Source: Candidatus Hydrogenedentota bacterium (GTDB lineage: Bacteria; Hydrogenedentota; Hydrogenedentia; Hydrogenedentales; JAEUWI01). Taken from it: a stretch of DNA of 64,000 nt. Every line of letters begins with the position of its first letter. Position 1 is the stretch's first letter. This document shows positions 48,825 to 59,750 of this stretch, one piece after another. The stretch is taken from contig JAXMOL010000009.1 in assembly GCA_034669905.1 (NCBI GenBank), positions 111,821 to 175,820 on the forward strand, read 5' to 3'. The notes under the pieces were generated by a model. The model did not search any database, was not told the origin of the DNA, and worked only from the letters and a program-made list of their open reading frames with translations. The position numbers and the translations under genes are program-made.

Positions 48825-49592
48825 ATGTCCGAATTACTACTGGAAGAAGAGATACAGCCTGGCGTGACGGGACTGACCCTGAATCGCCCGGACAAGCGCA
48901 ATGCCCTCAATATTCCCATGTTGGAGGCTTTTTGCGATGCGGTGGAGCGGGCCTCAAAACGTGCCGGGCAGCGTGCCGTCGTGATTCGCGGGGCGGGCAC
49001 CGTGTTTTGCGCCGGCCTCGACCTGAAAGAAGCGGCCGACCCGGCCATGCGTGAACGGTCAGCGGCCCTGGTACGCCAAATGTTGGAGTCCGTCTATGCC
49101 TGCCCCTGCGTTACGATCGCCGCCGTGCAGGGCGCGGCGCTGGCCGGGGGTGGGGGACTGATGGCGGCTTGCGATATTGCCCTGGCGACGATGGAAAGTC
49201 GTTTCGGTTTTCCCGAGGTGCACCGGGGGCTCGTCGCCGGGCTGATCATGACCTTCCTTCGGCGCCAATTACACGAACGTCACGCCCGGGAGTTACTCCT
49301 GCTCGGGGAGATTATCGATGCGGAGCGGGCGGCTGAGATCGGTTTGGTTACCAAGGCGGTACCCACCGATATGCTGGAAGAGGTGTTGGAAGCCCAGATC
49401 GCGCAAATCCTCAAGGCCCCGCCCGGCGCCGTGCGAGATACCAAGGCATGGCTGGACACCCTCTGGCACCATCCCCTCGGGGATGACTTGGATGGTGCCC
49501 ATGAGGTCCATGTAAAAATGCGATCCAGCGCCGAGGCCGCCGAAGGGATGGCGGCCTTCATCGAAAAACGCAAGCCCTGTTGGGATGCCTGA
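48825..49592 (+). CDS. Enoyl-CoA hydratase/isomerase (methylglutaconyl-CoA hydratase-like)
   Basis: LNRPDKRNAL, FCAGLDL, ALAGGGGL, FPEVHRGL, EGMAAFIEKRKP. Confidence 0.9.
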   Translation: MSELLLEEEIQPGVTGLTLNRPDKRNALNIPMLEAFCDAVERASKRAGQRAVVIRGAGTVFCAGLDLKEAADPAMRERSAALVRQMLESVYACPCVTIAAVQGAALAGGGGLMAACDIALATMESRFGFPEVHRGLVAGLIMTFLRRQLHERHARELLLLGEIIDAERAAEIGLVTKAVPTDMLEEVLEAQIAQILKAPPGAVRDTKAWLDTLWHHPLGDDLDGAHEVHVKMRSSAEAAEGMAAFIEKRKPCWDA

Positions 49593-49612
49593 CCGATCGC
49601 CGCCATACCGCG

Positions 49613-51211
49613 TTACTCCGGGTAACTCACCCGGAGGTTCATGTCGTCAATGGTAATCGTGTGCGGGCCGCTGTGGTCATTGCTGAAGGCAATGCGGTTC
49701 ATACCCGTATGCATGGTGGAAGGAATGACTTCATAGCGCCGCCATGCGCCTTCCGTCGCCACCTGCTTCATGGTGATGTCTTTATACACCACGGCGAGGG
49801 CATCGGTGGTCACGTTGTCCTTGATACGCAAACTCAGAATGACCGACGCATCCGCCTCGGGCTTATCGACCCGCAGGCTGACATGGCCTGTTTCGCCCGG
49901 TGCCACCGTGCGGGGCGCTTCAGGGGAGAGGTGTTCCCGCTTCAGATAGCGCTTGCCATCTTTGTTCCAATAGTTCAATTCTTTCAGCCCGCGGGCACCC
50001 GTGGTGTAAACTTTGGCCAGTCGGGCGAGGGTCTTGGGGTCACCCAGTTCGCTCCACAAGGGATTGGGGGCATTAAAGAAGTTGAACATGTAGACGCCCG
50101 AAGCGCCCGACTGCCAGACGTCCATCGCGCGGGCGCGATAGCTTTCCAGGGAGGCCCGAATCTTGCGCGCCTCCGGGTCTTTGATACGGGATTCGCTCAG
50201 ACACGGGTAAACCGGCACGTCGTACTTCTTGGCCAGGGCCACGCTGTCTTCCCAGGCATTGAGACGGAAGTAGCCGCTCGGTACCAGAATGTCGATGAGG
50301 TCCCTGGCCATCCACGCCTCCAGGTCCAGGCCCATATCGCGACAGAAGTCGACCGAGTCCGGCACGCGCACGGTGATGAGGATGGGGCGTCCCCGCTTTT
50401 TCCCAACGTCATCGGCCATCGTACGGATACGCTGGAGCAGGTCTGTCATCATGGCCCGTTCTTCCGGGGTGGTGACCCCTTCCCAGGCATAGCGCTTGAA
50501 ATAAACCGGATGGCGGAAGAAATCGAGTTCGATGCCGTCCACGTCGTAGTTGTTGCACACTTCCTCGAAAAAGCTGAAGGCCATATCGCGGATTTCCGGG
50601 ACGGTGAAGTCTACCGAAGTCCAGGAGCCGTTGGGCGGGCGTTTCTCTTTGGTGCCGACAAGCCATTCCGGGTGGGCTTCTTTGACCGGCGGAAAAAGGT
50701 GGGGCGAATACCAGGCACCCCAGGCATCGTGAATATCGTTCATCCGCATGGACCAGAAGATTTCGATGTCTTTGTCCCGACAGAATTCGGTCACGATGGT
50801 GAGGGGATCGAGGCCCTTATCAAAGAGGGCCTGGGCCTTGTTGTTGGAGAATCCTGAGCCGGGTCCCTTGCCGGGTTCTTCGGCCGTGCTGACGAAGGGT
50901 ACCCCGGCCTTGGTGTTGTGCGTGAAATAGCTGAAGCCCGAACTCCAGGTGCAATAGACAATCGTGTCCACGTGGGTGTTGAGGACCCCCGTGGTACGTT
51001 TCTTGAGCAGGGCCTCAGGGGTTGCTTCGTCCATGTAATAGACAACTTCGTTTCCGTCGTTATCGAAGATAATACGGCGATCCTGATGGGCTGCTTTATG
51101 GCGCATTTGCGCAATATCATCGGCCGCCCGGGCGGAAGGTACGGACAGGATACCCGCAGTCAACAGAAAGAAAAGCAGCGAAAAAAAGATGCGGGTCGTC
51201 AGGGGCTTCAC
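49613..51211 (-). CDS. Secreted GHL10/DUF187-like TIM-barrel glycoside-hydrolase-like protein
   Basis: Signal peptide after GTG 51211 (GAGGA RBS); RIIFDNDG, SMRMNDIH, YDVDGIELDFFRH, GVYMFN. Confidence 0.65.
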   Translation of the reverse strand: MKPLTTRIFFSLLFFLLTAGILSVPSARAADDIAQMRHKAAHQDRRIIFDNDGNEVVYYMDEATPEALLKKRTTGVLNTHVDTIVYCTWSSGFSYFTHNTKAGVPFVSTAEEPGKGPGSGFSNNKAQALFDKGLDPLTIVTEFCRDKDIEIFWSMRMNDIHDAWGAWYSPHLFPPVKEAHPEWLVGTKEKRPPNGSWTSVDFTVPEIRDMAFSFFEEVCNNYDVDGIELDFFRHPVYFKRYAWEGVTTPEERAMMTDLLQRIRTMADDVGKKRGRPILITVRVPDSVDFCRDMGLDLEAWMARDLIDILVPSGYFRLNAWEDSVALAKKYDVPVYPCLSESRIKDPEARKIRASLESYRARAMDVWQSGASGVYMFNFFNAPNPLWSELGDPKTLARLAKVYTTGARGLKELNYWNKDGKRYLKREHLSPEAPRTVAPGETGHVSLRVDKPEADASVILSLRIKDNVTTDALAVVYKDITMKQVATEGAWRRYEVIPSTMHTGMNRIAFSNDHSGPHTITIDDMNLRVSYPE

Positions 51212-51299
51212 GTGTGGGATTCCTCGTTGGGGGTGTCGGCCATGGTGTTGGAGACACAGCATAACACAGCCGCGGCGGGGATTCCCGTTTCGAGTGGGC

Positions 51300-52982
51300 C
51301 TATCGTGCGTTTCGGTAGGCAGCCAGGGAGTCGTCAATGATGCGGAGCAGGTCGTCGCTTCCAAAGGGCTTTTTCAGGAAGCCCGAAACGGGAATGCCGG
51401 TAAAGCGGCTTCGGGCCTGCTCTTCCGAGTATCCACTGCACAATACAATGGGGATGTCATCGCGGACACGCCGCAACGCCGTGGCCACGTCATAGCCGTT
51501 CATATTGGGCAGCATGACATCCAGAAGTACAATATCTATATCTTCCAGAAACTTGGTCATGGTGACCAGCGCATCGATGCCGTCTTCTGCGAGATATACC
51601 GTGTAGCCACTCTTCCGCAAGAGATGTTGCCCCAGTTCGAGAACCATCTGCTCGTCGTCGACAATAAGTACACCGCCGCTGCGCACTGGTGCAGGAGCGT
51701 TCTCCCGGGGCGGGATGGGGAGGGTGGCAAGTCGCGGCTCATTGGCCACCGGAAGCAAAATGCGGAAGGTCGCCCCTTTGCCTGGAGCGCTGTCTACGGA
51801 CAGGGCACCATTGTGCGACCGTACGATGCCGAGCACCGCGGCCAGGCCAAGCCCCCGACCGGCAAACCGGGTGGTAAAGAAGGGGTCGAAAATCTTGTCC
51901 AAGGTGCCGGTGTCCAGACCGGGACCCGTGTCGGCCACGTTCAGATAAACATACGGCCCGGGGAGGAGATTGTCGTGAAAATACAGGGTCTCCAGGTAGA
52001 GGGCATCGGCTTCGAAAAGGCCCGTGGTAATCGTGATAGTGCCTTCGTTATCCCCGATGGCCTCCGAGGCGTTGGAGAGCAGATTGATGATAAGTTGCTG
52101 GAGTTGACTGCTGTCGCCCGTAATGTCGGGGAGGTCGTTCTCCAGATTAAACTGTACATCGATCCGTTTGCTGATGGGAGCGGTCAGCAGATACCGCATC
52201 TCACAGACCAGCTCGGTCAAATCGATGGGACTGAGCTGAAAGACGCCGCCGCCGGAGTAGGAGAGAATCTGGGCCACGAGATCCGTTGCCCGTGCAGACG
52301 CTTTCTGGATTTCGGCGGTACAGCGCAGCACCAGGTTTACATCGGACGCATCCGAAGCGATGATGTCTGCATTGCCCACGATTACGGCAAGCAGATTGTT
52401 AAAGTCATGGGAAATACCACTGGCCAGCACCCCAATACTTTCCAGCTTTTGCATGTGGCGTGCCCGCTCTTCCATGCGGGCCTTTTCTTCTTCCAGCGCT
52501 TCCCGGCGCGCCACTTCCTCCAGGGCGGTCCGGTGCATGGTGCGGTATTCCTGGATGCGGTGTGTCAGCTCGGTGACGTCTTCCACCGTGAAGAGGGCGT
52601 AGAAGCCCGGCCGACCCGGACGATATTCTGCGTTCCCCGATGGAACGCCAACGACAGTAGTCTGCTGCACCTTGCGTTCACCGCTGGGCGACGTGGCGGG
52701 AAATAAATTTTCTTGCGCCTGGGCAGAAAATACGACTGGGGGCCCACCATGAAAAACACTGTCCAGGCGTCCCAGGTAATGGGGGTCACTGAGGGTGGGT
52801 ACAAACTCGGTAACAGGTCGACCAATAATGCGGCTTGGCGTAATACCGGTCCAATAGGCCAGACAATCGTTCCAAAAGAGAACCTTTAAATCGGCGCTGA
52901 GTACGCAGACTCCAACGGGCATCTTGTCCAAGAGGGAAAAGCGTTCGCCAGGCTCAAGCCCTTCCAGATTATTGTCTTCCAC
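51300..52982 (-). CDS. PAS hybrid histidine kinase/response regulator
   Basis: PAS; GISHDFNNLL, NLLSNA, FDPFFTTR, GRGLGL; receiver domain LIVDDE...LLDVMLP. Confidence 0.93.
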   Translation of the reverse strand: MEDNNLEGLEPGERFSLLDKMPVGVCVLSADLKVLFWNDCLAYWTGITPSRIIGRPVTEFVPTLSDPHYLGRLDSVFHGGPPVVFSAQAQENLFPATSPSGERKVQQTTVVGVPSGNAEYRPGRPGFYALFTVEDVTELTHRIQEYRTMHRTALEEVARREALEEEKARMEERARHMQKLESIGVLASGISHDFNNLLAVIVGNADIIASDASDVNLVLRCTAEIQKASARATDLVAQILSYSGGGVFQLSPIDLTELVCEMRYLLTAPISKRIDVQFNLENDLPDITGDSSQLQQLIINLLSNASEAIGDNEGTITITTGLFEADALYLETLYFHDNLLPGPYVYLNVADTGPGLDTGTLDKIFDPFFTTRFAGRGLGLAAVLGIVRSHNGALSVDSAPGKGATFRILLPVANEPRLATLPIPPRENAPAPVRSGGVLIVDDEQMVLELGQHLLRKSGYTVYLAEDGIDALVTMTKFLEDIDIVLLDVMLPNMNGYDVATALRRVRDDIPIVLCSGYSEEQARSRFTGIPVSGFLKKPFGSDDLLRIIDDSLAAYRNAR

Positions 52983-53635
52983 GTAATTGAGCTCCGATTT
53001 GATTGATGGCAGGCGCGGGTACCCTTCGCCGCAGGGAAACAGTGTATTCAGTGACTACCGCACCGCATGTCAGCGTTCCTGGACAGGAAACGCGGCATTT
53101 CGTGCTGCGGATGGGTGCTTCGCCGTTGGGGCGACTGCATACCGGGTGGATAGTCGCGTGTATTATATGTATTAGCTGCGTAGGCATGGGGTTTGCAGAT
53201 TGCAGGCAGTATACCGAAGTCTGGTATCTTACACAAAGTCTTCCGCGTTGGGGGACACGGGCGCAGGGGGAAATAGCAGGGGAGTTTGTGCGGATTTCGG
53301 ACGGTATGCCGTGATGCTCCGCCGTGTTGGGGAGCCTTAGATTAGCCGACGCGTTGAAGGGTTGTTCGCGCGGCTCGGTTGCCCGTTCGAACGGTTTTTC
53401 GCGGATATCCAGTGAAGGCGTCACAGCTCTCCCCCTTCTCCCCGTGGCTAGTATAGCGGAGTAGTCCGGATTTGGCAATTCGAAAACGTCGGAGATGGGG
53501 GATTTACCGCCCTTTTCCACGGCGGCGAGGCTCAGCCAGTTCGTCTAATCTGGGGGTAGGGATTGATATAGGGTGCGATGGGCTGCTTAAATCGAAGCTC
53601 GACGTATCGAATGTAAAACCGGAGAGGATTATCTC

Positions 53636-55483
53636 ATGTACCCCATAGCGTACCGACTGATTTTGGCGCTCACCCTGATGACCTTTGCCGTGGGCAAGGG
53701 AAATGCCCAAACGGTCGAACTGGATGCGGTAGCGGCCCACCCCCGCCTCCTGCTGTCCGAGGAGCGGCTTGCCGCCCTTAAGGAGCGTGTCGCGGAGGAC
53801 CCGGCGTTATCGCGCATGGCCCGGGAACTTATCGACGATGCGGACAGTCTGTTGGATGCGGAGCCCCTGGTCCACGAACTGAAAGGGCCCCGATTGCTCC
53901 ATGTCAGTCGGGCCTGTTTGAAACGGGTCTACACGTTGGCCCTGGCCTGGCGTTGGACGGGGCAGGAGATCTACGCGGAGGCGGCCCGCGCGAATCTGGA
54001 AACCGTGTGCGCCTTTCCAGATTGGAACCCCTCCCATTTTCTGGATACGGCGGAAATGAGCCACGCCGTCGCAATTGGCTATGACTGGCTCTACGACTAC
54101 TTGGACGGGGAAGCGCGAGAACGGATCCGACAGGGACTCATCACGCACGGTCTGGAGCCCGGGGTGGCGGCGTACACCCAGGATAAGCCCTGGTGGATAC
54201 GTTCCGCATTTAACTGGAATCAGGTTTGCAACAGCGGGTTACTGATCGGTGCACTGGCCCTGGCGGATTCAGACCCCACGTATGCGGAAGTTATCGTGCC
54301 GGCTGCGGTATCCTCGTTGCCGAAGGCCCTGAAGTCTTATAACCCCGATGGCGTCTGGAGCGAAGGGCCAGCCTATTGGAGCTATGCCACCCGCTATACG
54401 GCCTACGGATTGGCGGCGCTGCAGAGTGCCCTCGGTACGACCTTTGGCCTGGAGGATTTGCCGGGACTCGCCAAGACGGCCTATTTCCCCCTGCTCACGG
54501 CGGGGCCCACGGGGCTCTATATGAATTTCGCGGACAGCAAGCAGAACAGCCGGCGGAAACCGCTGCCCACACTGTTCTGGTTAGCGAAAACCTATGACCT
54601 TCCCGAAGTCGCCTGGGCGGAGCACCAGATTCTGAAGGAGCAGCCAGCCCAACCCCACCACATTATCTGGTATATGCCCGAACCGTCTTCCGGGGCAGCC
54701 CTGCCGCGCGACAGCTATTTCGAGAGCTCGGTGCCCGTGGCGGTCAGTCGGAGTGACTGGGACGACCCGGAGGCGCTTTTTCTGGCGGTAAAGGGCGGCT
54801 ATAACCAGGTCAATCATGGCCACCTCGATCTGGGGAATTTCGAATTTGATGCCCTGGGGAACCGGTGGGCCCGGGACCTGGGGTCGGACAATTACAATCT
54901 GCCGGGCTACTGGGACAGGAAAAAGGGGGGGAAGCGTTGGCAGTACTACCGGCTGAATTCGGAGAGCCATAACGTACCCCTCGTGAATGGTCAGGGGCAG
55001 GATCCGAATGCCAAGGCGGAAATTCTCGACGTGGGATCCGATACGGCAGGCGCCTATGTCGTCGTGGACCTGAGCAGTGCCTATCCCGAACATGCCGACA
55101 CGGTCAAACGGGGCGCGAAGGCGGTCGCTGATCGTCGCGCGGCGGTGATTCAGGATGAATTCTCTCTTTCCGCGCCCGTGCCGCTGTTGTGGGGCATGAC
55201 AACGGATGCGGAGATCGTCCTCATGCCCGATGGGCATGCCGTCTTGCTCCAGAATGGTGACAAACTGCACGTGAACATCATCGGTCCCTCGAAAGCCTAT
55301 TTTGCCGTGGAGTCGGCGGAACGGCCCGAGCCCGAGCATGGCAATAGCGGTGTGCGTCGACTACTCGTGCGAATTCCCGCCGGGTCAACGGACGTGCGGG
55401 TGGCCCTTTGCCTTCGACCGGCCTGGCCCGGAAGCGGCCCCGTACCCCTGCCCGAAATTACACCCCTTACGGAGTGGAAATGA
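53636..55483 (+). CDS. Heparinase II/III-family polysaccharide lyase-like protein
   Basis: Signal peptide; HPRLLL, HFLDTAEM, NWNQVC, EGPAYW, NHGHLDLG, SHN. Confidence 0.8.
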   Translation: MYPIAYRLILALTLMTFAVGKGNAQTVELDAVAAHPRLLLSEERLAALKERVAEDPALSRMARELIDDADSLLDAEPLVHELKGPRLLHVSRACLKRVYTLALAWRWTGQEIYAEAARANLETVCAFPDWNPSHFLDTAEMSHAVAIGYDWLYDYLDGEARERIRQGLITHGLEPGVAAYTQDKPWWIRSAFNWNQVCNSGLLIGALALADSDPTYAEVIVPAAVSSLPKALKSYNPDGVWSEGPAYWSYATRYTAYGLAALQSALGTTFGLEDLPGLAKTAYFPLLTAGPTGLYMNFADSKQNSRRKPLPTLFWLAKTYDLPEVAWAEHQILKEQPAQPHHIIWYMPEPSSGAALPRDSYFESSVPVAVSRSDWDDPEALFLAVKGGYNQVNHGHLDLGNFEFDALGNRWARDLGSDNYNLPGYWDRKKGGKRWQYYRLNSESHNVPLVNGQGQDPNAKAEILDVGSDTAGAYVVVDLSSAYPEHADTVKRGAKAVADRRAAVIQDEFSLSAPVPLLWGMTTDAEIVLMPDGHAVLLQNGDKLHVNIIGPSKAYFAVESAERPEPEHGNSGVRRLLVRIPAGSTDVRVALCLRPAWPGSGPVPLPEITPLTEWK

Positions 55484-56034
55484 CGGGTATTCGCGAGCGC
55501 ATAGCGGTCGTCCAAGGGGACCTTACTACCGAGGCGGTAGACGCTATCGTCAATGCCGCCAATCGTTCCCTGCTCGGAGGCGGGGGTGTCGACGGCGCCA
55601 TTCACCATGCGGGTGGGAGCGCTATCCTCGAGGCCTGTCGGCGGCTGAATGGCTGTGAGACGGGCGATGCGAAAATTACCACCGCTGGACGTCTCCCGGC
55701 GCGCTACGTAATCCATACCGTAGGTCCGGTCTATTGGGATGGAAAGCACGGTGAACCCGAACTACTGGCCCGCTGCTATCGTCGAAGCCTCGAAGTGGCA
55801 GTAGCACATGGACTTAGGACGGTGGCCTTTCCAGCCATCAGCTGTGGGGTTTACGGGTACCCCATTCCGGCTGGCGCAACAATTGCCTTGGAGGCGGTGG
55901 CCGACTACCTCCGTAGCGAGAATCGCATCCATCGTGTTCGCTTCGTACTCTTCAATACGACGACCTATGACGCCTTCTGCGCGGCCTTTGCGCGCCTTGA
56001 GGACGGCCCTGCCGTGGACCCCGAAGCGCGGTAA
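55480..56034 (+). CDS. ymdB: Macrodomain O-acetyl-ADP-ribose deacetylase
   Basis: GDLT, DAIVNAAN, GGGGVDGAIH, VIHTVGP, FPAISCGVYG; ATGA overlap. Confidence 0.9.
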   Translation: MTGIRERIAVVQGDLTTEAVDAIVNAANRSLLGGGGVDGAIHHAGGSAILEACRRLNGCETGDAKITTAGRLPARYVIHTVGPVYWDGKHGEPELLARCYRRSLEVAVAHGLRTVAFPAISCGVYGYPIPAGATIALEAVADYLRSENRIHRVRFVLFNTTTYDAFCAAFARLEDGPAVDPEAR

Positions 56035-56156
56035 ACTCTTTACATTGCAACTTTTACGGCCCGCTGGGCATAATACACGCATGGCCTGAACAGGGTCGTG
56101 GTGTGTCATCGCCCTGTTGTCGAAATGCCGAAAATAGACAAGGTTGGAGTGCTCAG

Positions 56157-56954
56157 ATGAGACGAATAGTTGGGCTGATGGTTTTTGGTATGGTGCTGGC
56201 CGTGGCTACGGTATCTGCGCAGGAGACCGTGCCGGATGGTAACGTAGTGCCCGAAGAATCGGCCGCGATGGAAAATGCCACGGTTTCCGTACTGGAACCG
56301 GCAGCGTCTGTGGTACGCGAAATGCCCAATCAATTAACGCTGATGATGATGATCGAGCAGGGGGGCTATATCCTCTGGGTTATCATGGGCCTGGGCTTCG
56401 TGTCGTTCGTATTGTGCATTTATCACCTGTTGACCCTTACCCCAGGGCGGGAGGCACCCAAAAACCTGGTGCGCCGCGCCCATGGACAGCTCCAGGAAGG
56501 GGATCTCCGGGGGGCCTACCAGATGTGTCAGGAGCGGGATGAGTACCTGGCCCTGGTCTTGCGCGCGGGCCTGAAAATGTCGGGCCACGAGCGCTATGTC
56601 ATTCAAGAGGCCATGGAAAGCGAGGGCGAACGGGGCGCGACGGCCCTGTGGCAGAAGATTTCCTATCTCAACAACATCGCCAATCTGGCCCCCTTGCTGG
56701 GGCTGCTCGGCACGGTCTGGGGCATGATGCAGGCCTTTGGCGCTATCGCCTTTGAGGATGCCCAGGTGAAGGGGCTGACCATGGCCTACAGCGTCGCGGA
56801 AGCCATGATTACCACGGCGGCGGGGCTGTTGCTGGCCATACCGACGATGGCCGTCTATTTCTTCCTGCGTGGCCGGGTAATCAAGATTATCGCCGTGGTG
56901 GAAGCCCACGCCAGTGAGTTTGTGGAGCTTATCGTGAAGGAGGGCGACACATGA
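56157..56954 (+). CDS. MotA/TolQ/ExbB proton channel protein
   Basis: APLLGLLGTVWGM, EAMITTAAGL. Confidence 0.92.
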   Translation: MRRIVGLMVFGMVLAVATVSAQETVPDGNVVPEESAAMENATVSVLEPAASVVREMPNQLTLMMMIEQGGYILWVIMGLGFVSFVLCIYHLLTLTPGREAPKNLVRRAHGQLQEGDLRGAYQMCQERDEYLALVLRAGLKMSGHERYVIQEAMESEGERGATALWQKISYLNNIANLAPLLGLLGTVWGMMQAFGAIAFEDAQVKGLTMAYSVAEAMITTAAGLLLAIPTMAVYFFLRGRVIKIIAVVEAHASEFVELIVKEGDT

Positions 56955-57403
56955 GATTTGGACGTAGCGCGCCCGAACACTCTGACTCGATCCCCATGGC
57001 GCCCCTTATCGATATCGTATTTCTGACGCTGGTGTTTTTCATGGTGACGTCCGTCTACGGTGCCCTCGAAAGCGAAGTCGACATTACCTTGCCGACTGCG
57101 GACTCCGCCATCCAGTCCGAGCGTAATCACGGGGAGATTTTTATCAATCTGCGAGATGACGGTACCATTGTGGTTAATGATCGGGAGCAGAGTATCGAAG
57201 AATTACAGGCCTTACTCGACCGGGTCGCCGAATTGTTCCCCGGTGGTGCGGTGATTATCCGGGGCGACCAGGCCGCCCATCTGGGCAGGGCCATTGAGAT
57301 TCTTGATTGCTGCCGGAAGGCGGACATTCAGAATGTGTCCTTTGCGGCGTTGGATACGGATCGCGATTCGAGACTTACAGCTCCCGCCAACGAGGCCCCG
57401 TAG
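56951..57403 (+). CDS. ExbD/TolR family protein
   Basis: MAPLIDIVFLTLVFFMV, IIRGD. Confidence 0.92.
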   Translation: MRFGRSAPEHSDSIPMAPLIDIVFLTLVFFMVTSVYGALESEVDITLPTADSAIQSERNHGEIFINLRDDGTIVVNDREQSIEELQALLDRVAELFPGGAVIIRGDQAAHLGRAIEILDCCRKADIQNVSFAALDTDRDSRLTAPANEAP

Positions 57404-57404
57404 G

Positions 57405-59750
57405 ATGTGGCGGTATGACACCATACTTGGCGCGCTCTTGCTGTTCTGTGCCGCGGCCGGTGCCCAGGGGACGGCGTCGGATTCGGCTACCGAGAAGCAA
57501 CTGAACTTCGCCAATGGCCTCTTTCAGCGGGGCTTCTTTACGGAGGCCGTGGAAGAGTACGATGCCTATGTGCAGGCCGTGGGGCCAGAGGCTGCCGGTG
57601 CAGAGGTTTTGTATTACCTCGGCGAAGCGGCCTACGCCGCCCAGGATTATGAACGGGCCTTGTCGGCGTTCGCGCAGCTCCAGGCTTCCTCGGGGGATGC
57701 CCGGTGGAAGGAAAAGGGACGTCAAAGCCACGGAGAGGTCTATTTCTACCGTAAAGCCTATGATCAGGCTATCAAACTCCTGACGCCTTTTGCCGACGCC
57801 GGACAACCAGAATCCGTCCGGGGGCGGGCAATCTTTTATCTGGCGAAGGCTTACTTTGAAATGGGACGGCATACCGATTCCATTGCGGCCTTTTCCCGCC
57901 TGGTGGAGGAGATGCCGAACCATGTGCTCGCGCCCGATGCGGGATTTCAGCTTGCCCACGCCCACCTGGCGATTGGGGAACTGGAAGAAGCCGCCATGCG
58001 TTTTTCTGCCGTGGCGAATTCGGAGGCCGATGGGGCTCTTCGCATGGAGAGCCGCTACCTCGCGGCCCAGACCTACGATCGTATCGGTTGGTACAGTGCT
58101 GCCCTGGGGGCCTACGAACAGTTGCGGGATGAATTCCCGACAGCCCCCTTTGCCGAGTCGGCGGGTATGGGGCTCATATGGGCCCTCTTTCACGAAGGAA
58201 AGTGTGCTGAAGCCCAGAAGGCGATTGCCGCCCACTTAAAACAATATCCCGAGACGAAGCGGTTGGTGGAACTGGAGTATATTCGCGCCAATTGCCTCCA
58301 GCAGATGGGTAAGAATAACGAGGCCCTCGAGGCCCTGATTCAGATTCGTGAAACCTATCCAGACTCTGAGTTTGCGGGCCGTGCCCTCTATAAGATGGCG
58401 TGGATTCAATACCTCAACAATAATCTCGATCAGGCCAAGGCATTTGTTACCGAGTTTCTCCAGCTCCACAAGGACTCCCCGCTTGTGGGCGAAGGAGCCT
58501 TTCTGCTGGGCACTATTTTTGTTGCCCAGGGAAATTTTGAAGACGCCCAGCAAGAATTTCGATTGGTGGCCGAGCGCTATCCCCAGAGTGAGTTCGGGGC
58601 CGAGGCCCTGTTTAAGTCCGGCGAATGCCTTGAACAACTGGCCCTGACCGACGCGGCGGCCCAGACCTTTGAAGCCTTCGTAACGAAATATCCCGATCAC
58701 GCCCTGACGGCCCAGGCAATTCTGCGGGCGGGCGATGCGCGTTTCGCCGCCAGTGCCTTTGACGATGCCGTGGCGCGTTACACCAAGATCCTCGAAACGC
58801 CTGGGGACCCGGCGGTGGAAGAGCAGGTGCTCTATCGCCTCGCCCTGACCTATCACAATATGAAAAATTATGAGGCGAGCGCGAAGACCCTCACCACCTT
58901 GCTCGAGAAGTTTCCGACGACTTCCTATCGGGAAGAAGCGCTGTTTCGGGTTGCGGAATACACGCTGAAAGTCGCCGAAGAGCCGGTAAAAGCCGTGGAA
59001 CTCTACCAGGCCCTGTTAGATGCCGCGCCGGAAGGGGCCTATGCGGGACAGGCCCTCCGTGGACTCGCCCTCGCACGCTATGCCCATAAGGACTATGAAA
59101 AAGCCGCGTCACTCTTCTATCGCCTCATGACGGAATCGGACGACATGGGGTTGAGTGAAGAAGTGTTTAATTGGACGGGGCAGTGGTTTTACGATCAGGC
59201 CCAGTGGGAAAAGGCCGCGCGGACCTTTGAAATTCTACTGGAGCAAATGCCGGCCTACCCCTATGCCGAAGAGGTCCGCTTTAAGATTGCCGAATGCAGT
59301 GAAAAGGCGGAGCAGCCGGATAAGGCGCTCGCGCTGTACACGGAAATGGCCGAGTCTTCAGACGCTTCCGAATTCGCAACCCGTGCCCGTTGGCGGCTCG
59401 GTCAGCTGAATGAAGCCCGCGAAGCCCTCGACGAGGCGGTGAAGTGGTATGAAGCGGCGGCCAATTCCAATTCTGGCGATATCGCCGCGCGCGCACGCTT
59501 CCAATTGGGCGTCTTGTATGAACGCCAGGAAGACTTCGGCAAGGCGGCACGTAGTTTTATGCGGGTAGCGATTCTCTTTCTGCACGAGGAAATGTCCCCC
59601 GAATCGCTCTGGCGTGCGGGTCAGTGCTATGAAAAGGCCGAGCAGGGCGAGCAGGCGAAAAAAGCCTACGAAGAACTCGTGGCAGATTTTCCGGAAAGTC
59701 CCTTTGCCGCGAAGGCGAAAGAAGCCCTGGCGGCCACCGGGGTATCCTGA
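57405..59750 (+). CDS. Secreted multi-TPR protein
   Basis: Signal peptide and many TPR repeats with YPxS/FPxS turns (CpoB-like repeats). Confidence 0.85.
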   Translation: MWRYDTILGALLLFCAAAGAQGTASDSATEKQLNFANGLFQRGFFTEAVEEYDAYVQAVGPEAAGAEVLYYLGEAAYAAQDYERALSAFAQLQASSGDARWKEKGRQSHGEVYFYRKAYDQAIKLLTPFADAGQPESVRGRAIFYLAKAYFEMGRHTDSIAAFSRLVEEMPNHVLAPDAGFQLAHAHLAIGELEEAAMRFSAVANSEADGALRMESRYLAAQTYDRIGWYSAALGAYEQLRDEFPTAPFAESAGMGLIWALFHEGKCAEAQKAIAAHLKQYPETKRLVELEYIRANCLQQMGKNNEALEALIQIRETYPDSEFAGRALYKMAWIQYLNNNLDQAKAFVTEFLQLHKDSPLVGEGAFLLGTIFVAQGNFEDAQQEFRLVAERYPQSEFGAEALFKSGECLEQLALTDAAAQTFEAFVTKYPDHALTAQAILRAGDARFAASAFDDAVARYTKILETPGDPAVEEQVLYRLALTYHNMKNYEASAKTLTTLLEKFPTTSYREEALFRVAEYTLKVAEEPVKAVELYQALLDAAPEGAYAGQALRGLALARYAHKDYEKAASLFYRLMTESDDMGLSEEVFNWTGQWFYDQAQWEKAARTFEILLEQMPAYPYAEEVRFKIAECSEKAEQPDKALALYTEMAESSDASEFATRARWRLGQLNEAREALDEAVKWYEAAANSNSGDIAARARFQLGVLYERQEDFGKAARSFMRVAILFLHEEMSPESLWRAGQCYEKAEQGEQAKKAYEELVADFPESPFAAKAKEALAATGVS

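Noticed and set aside
52983..53635. 650-bp intergenic region as a possible RNA gene or small CDS
   Set aside because: I could not recognise a tRNA, riboswitch or convincing ORF; an Rfam search would be needed.
27736..56034. Sirtuin plus macrodomain as an ADP-ribosylation or defence module
   Set aside because: The genes are ~27 kb apart and both look like standard housekeeping CobB and YmdB.
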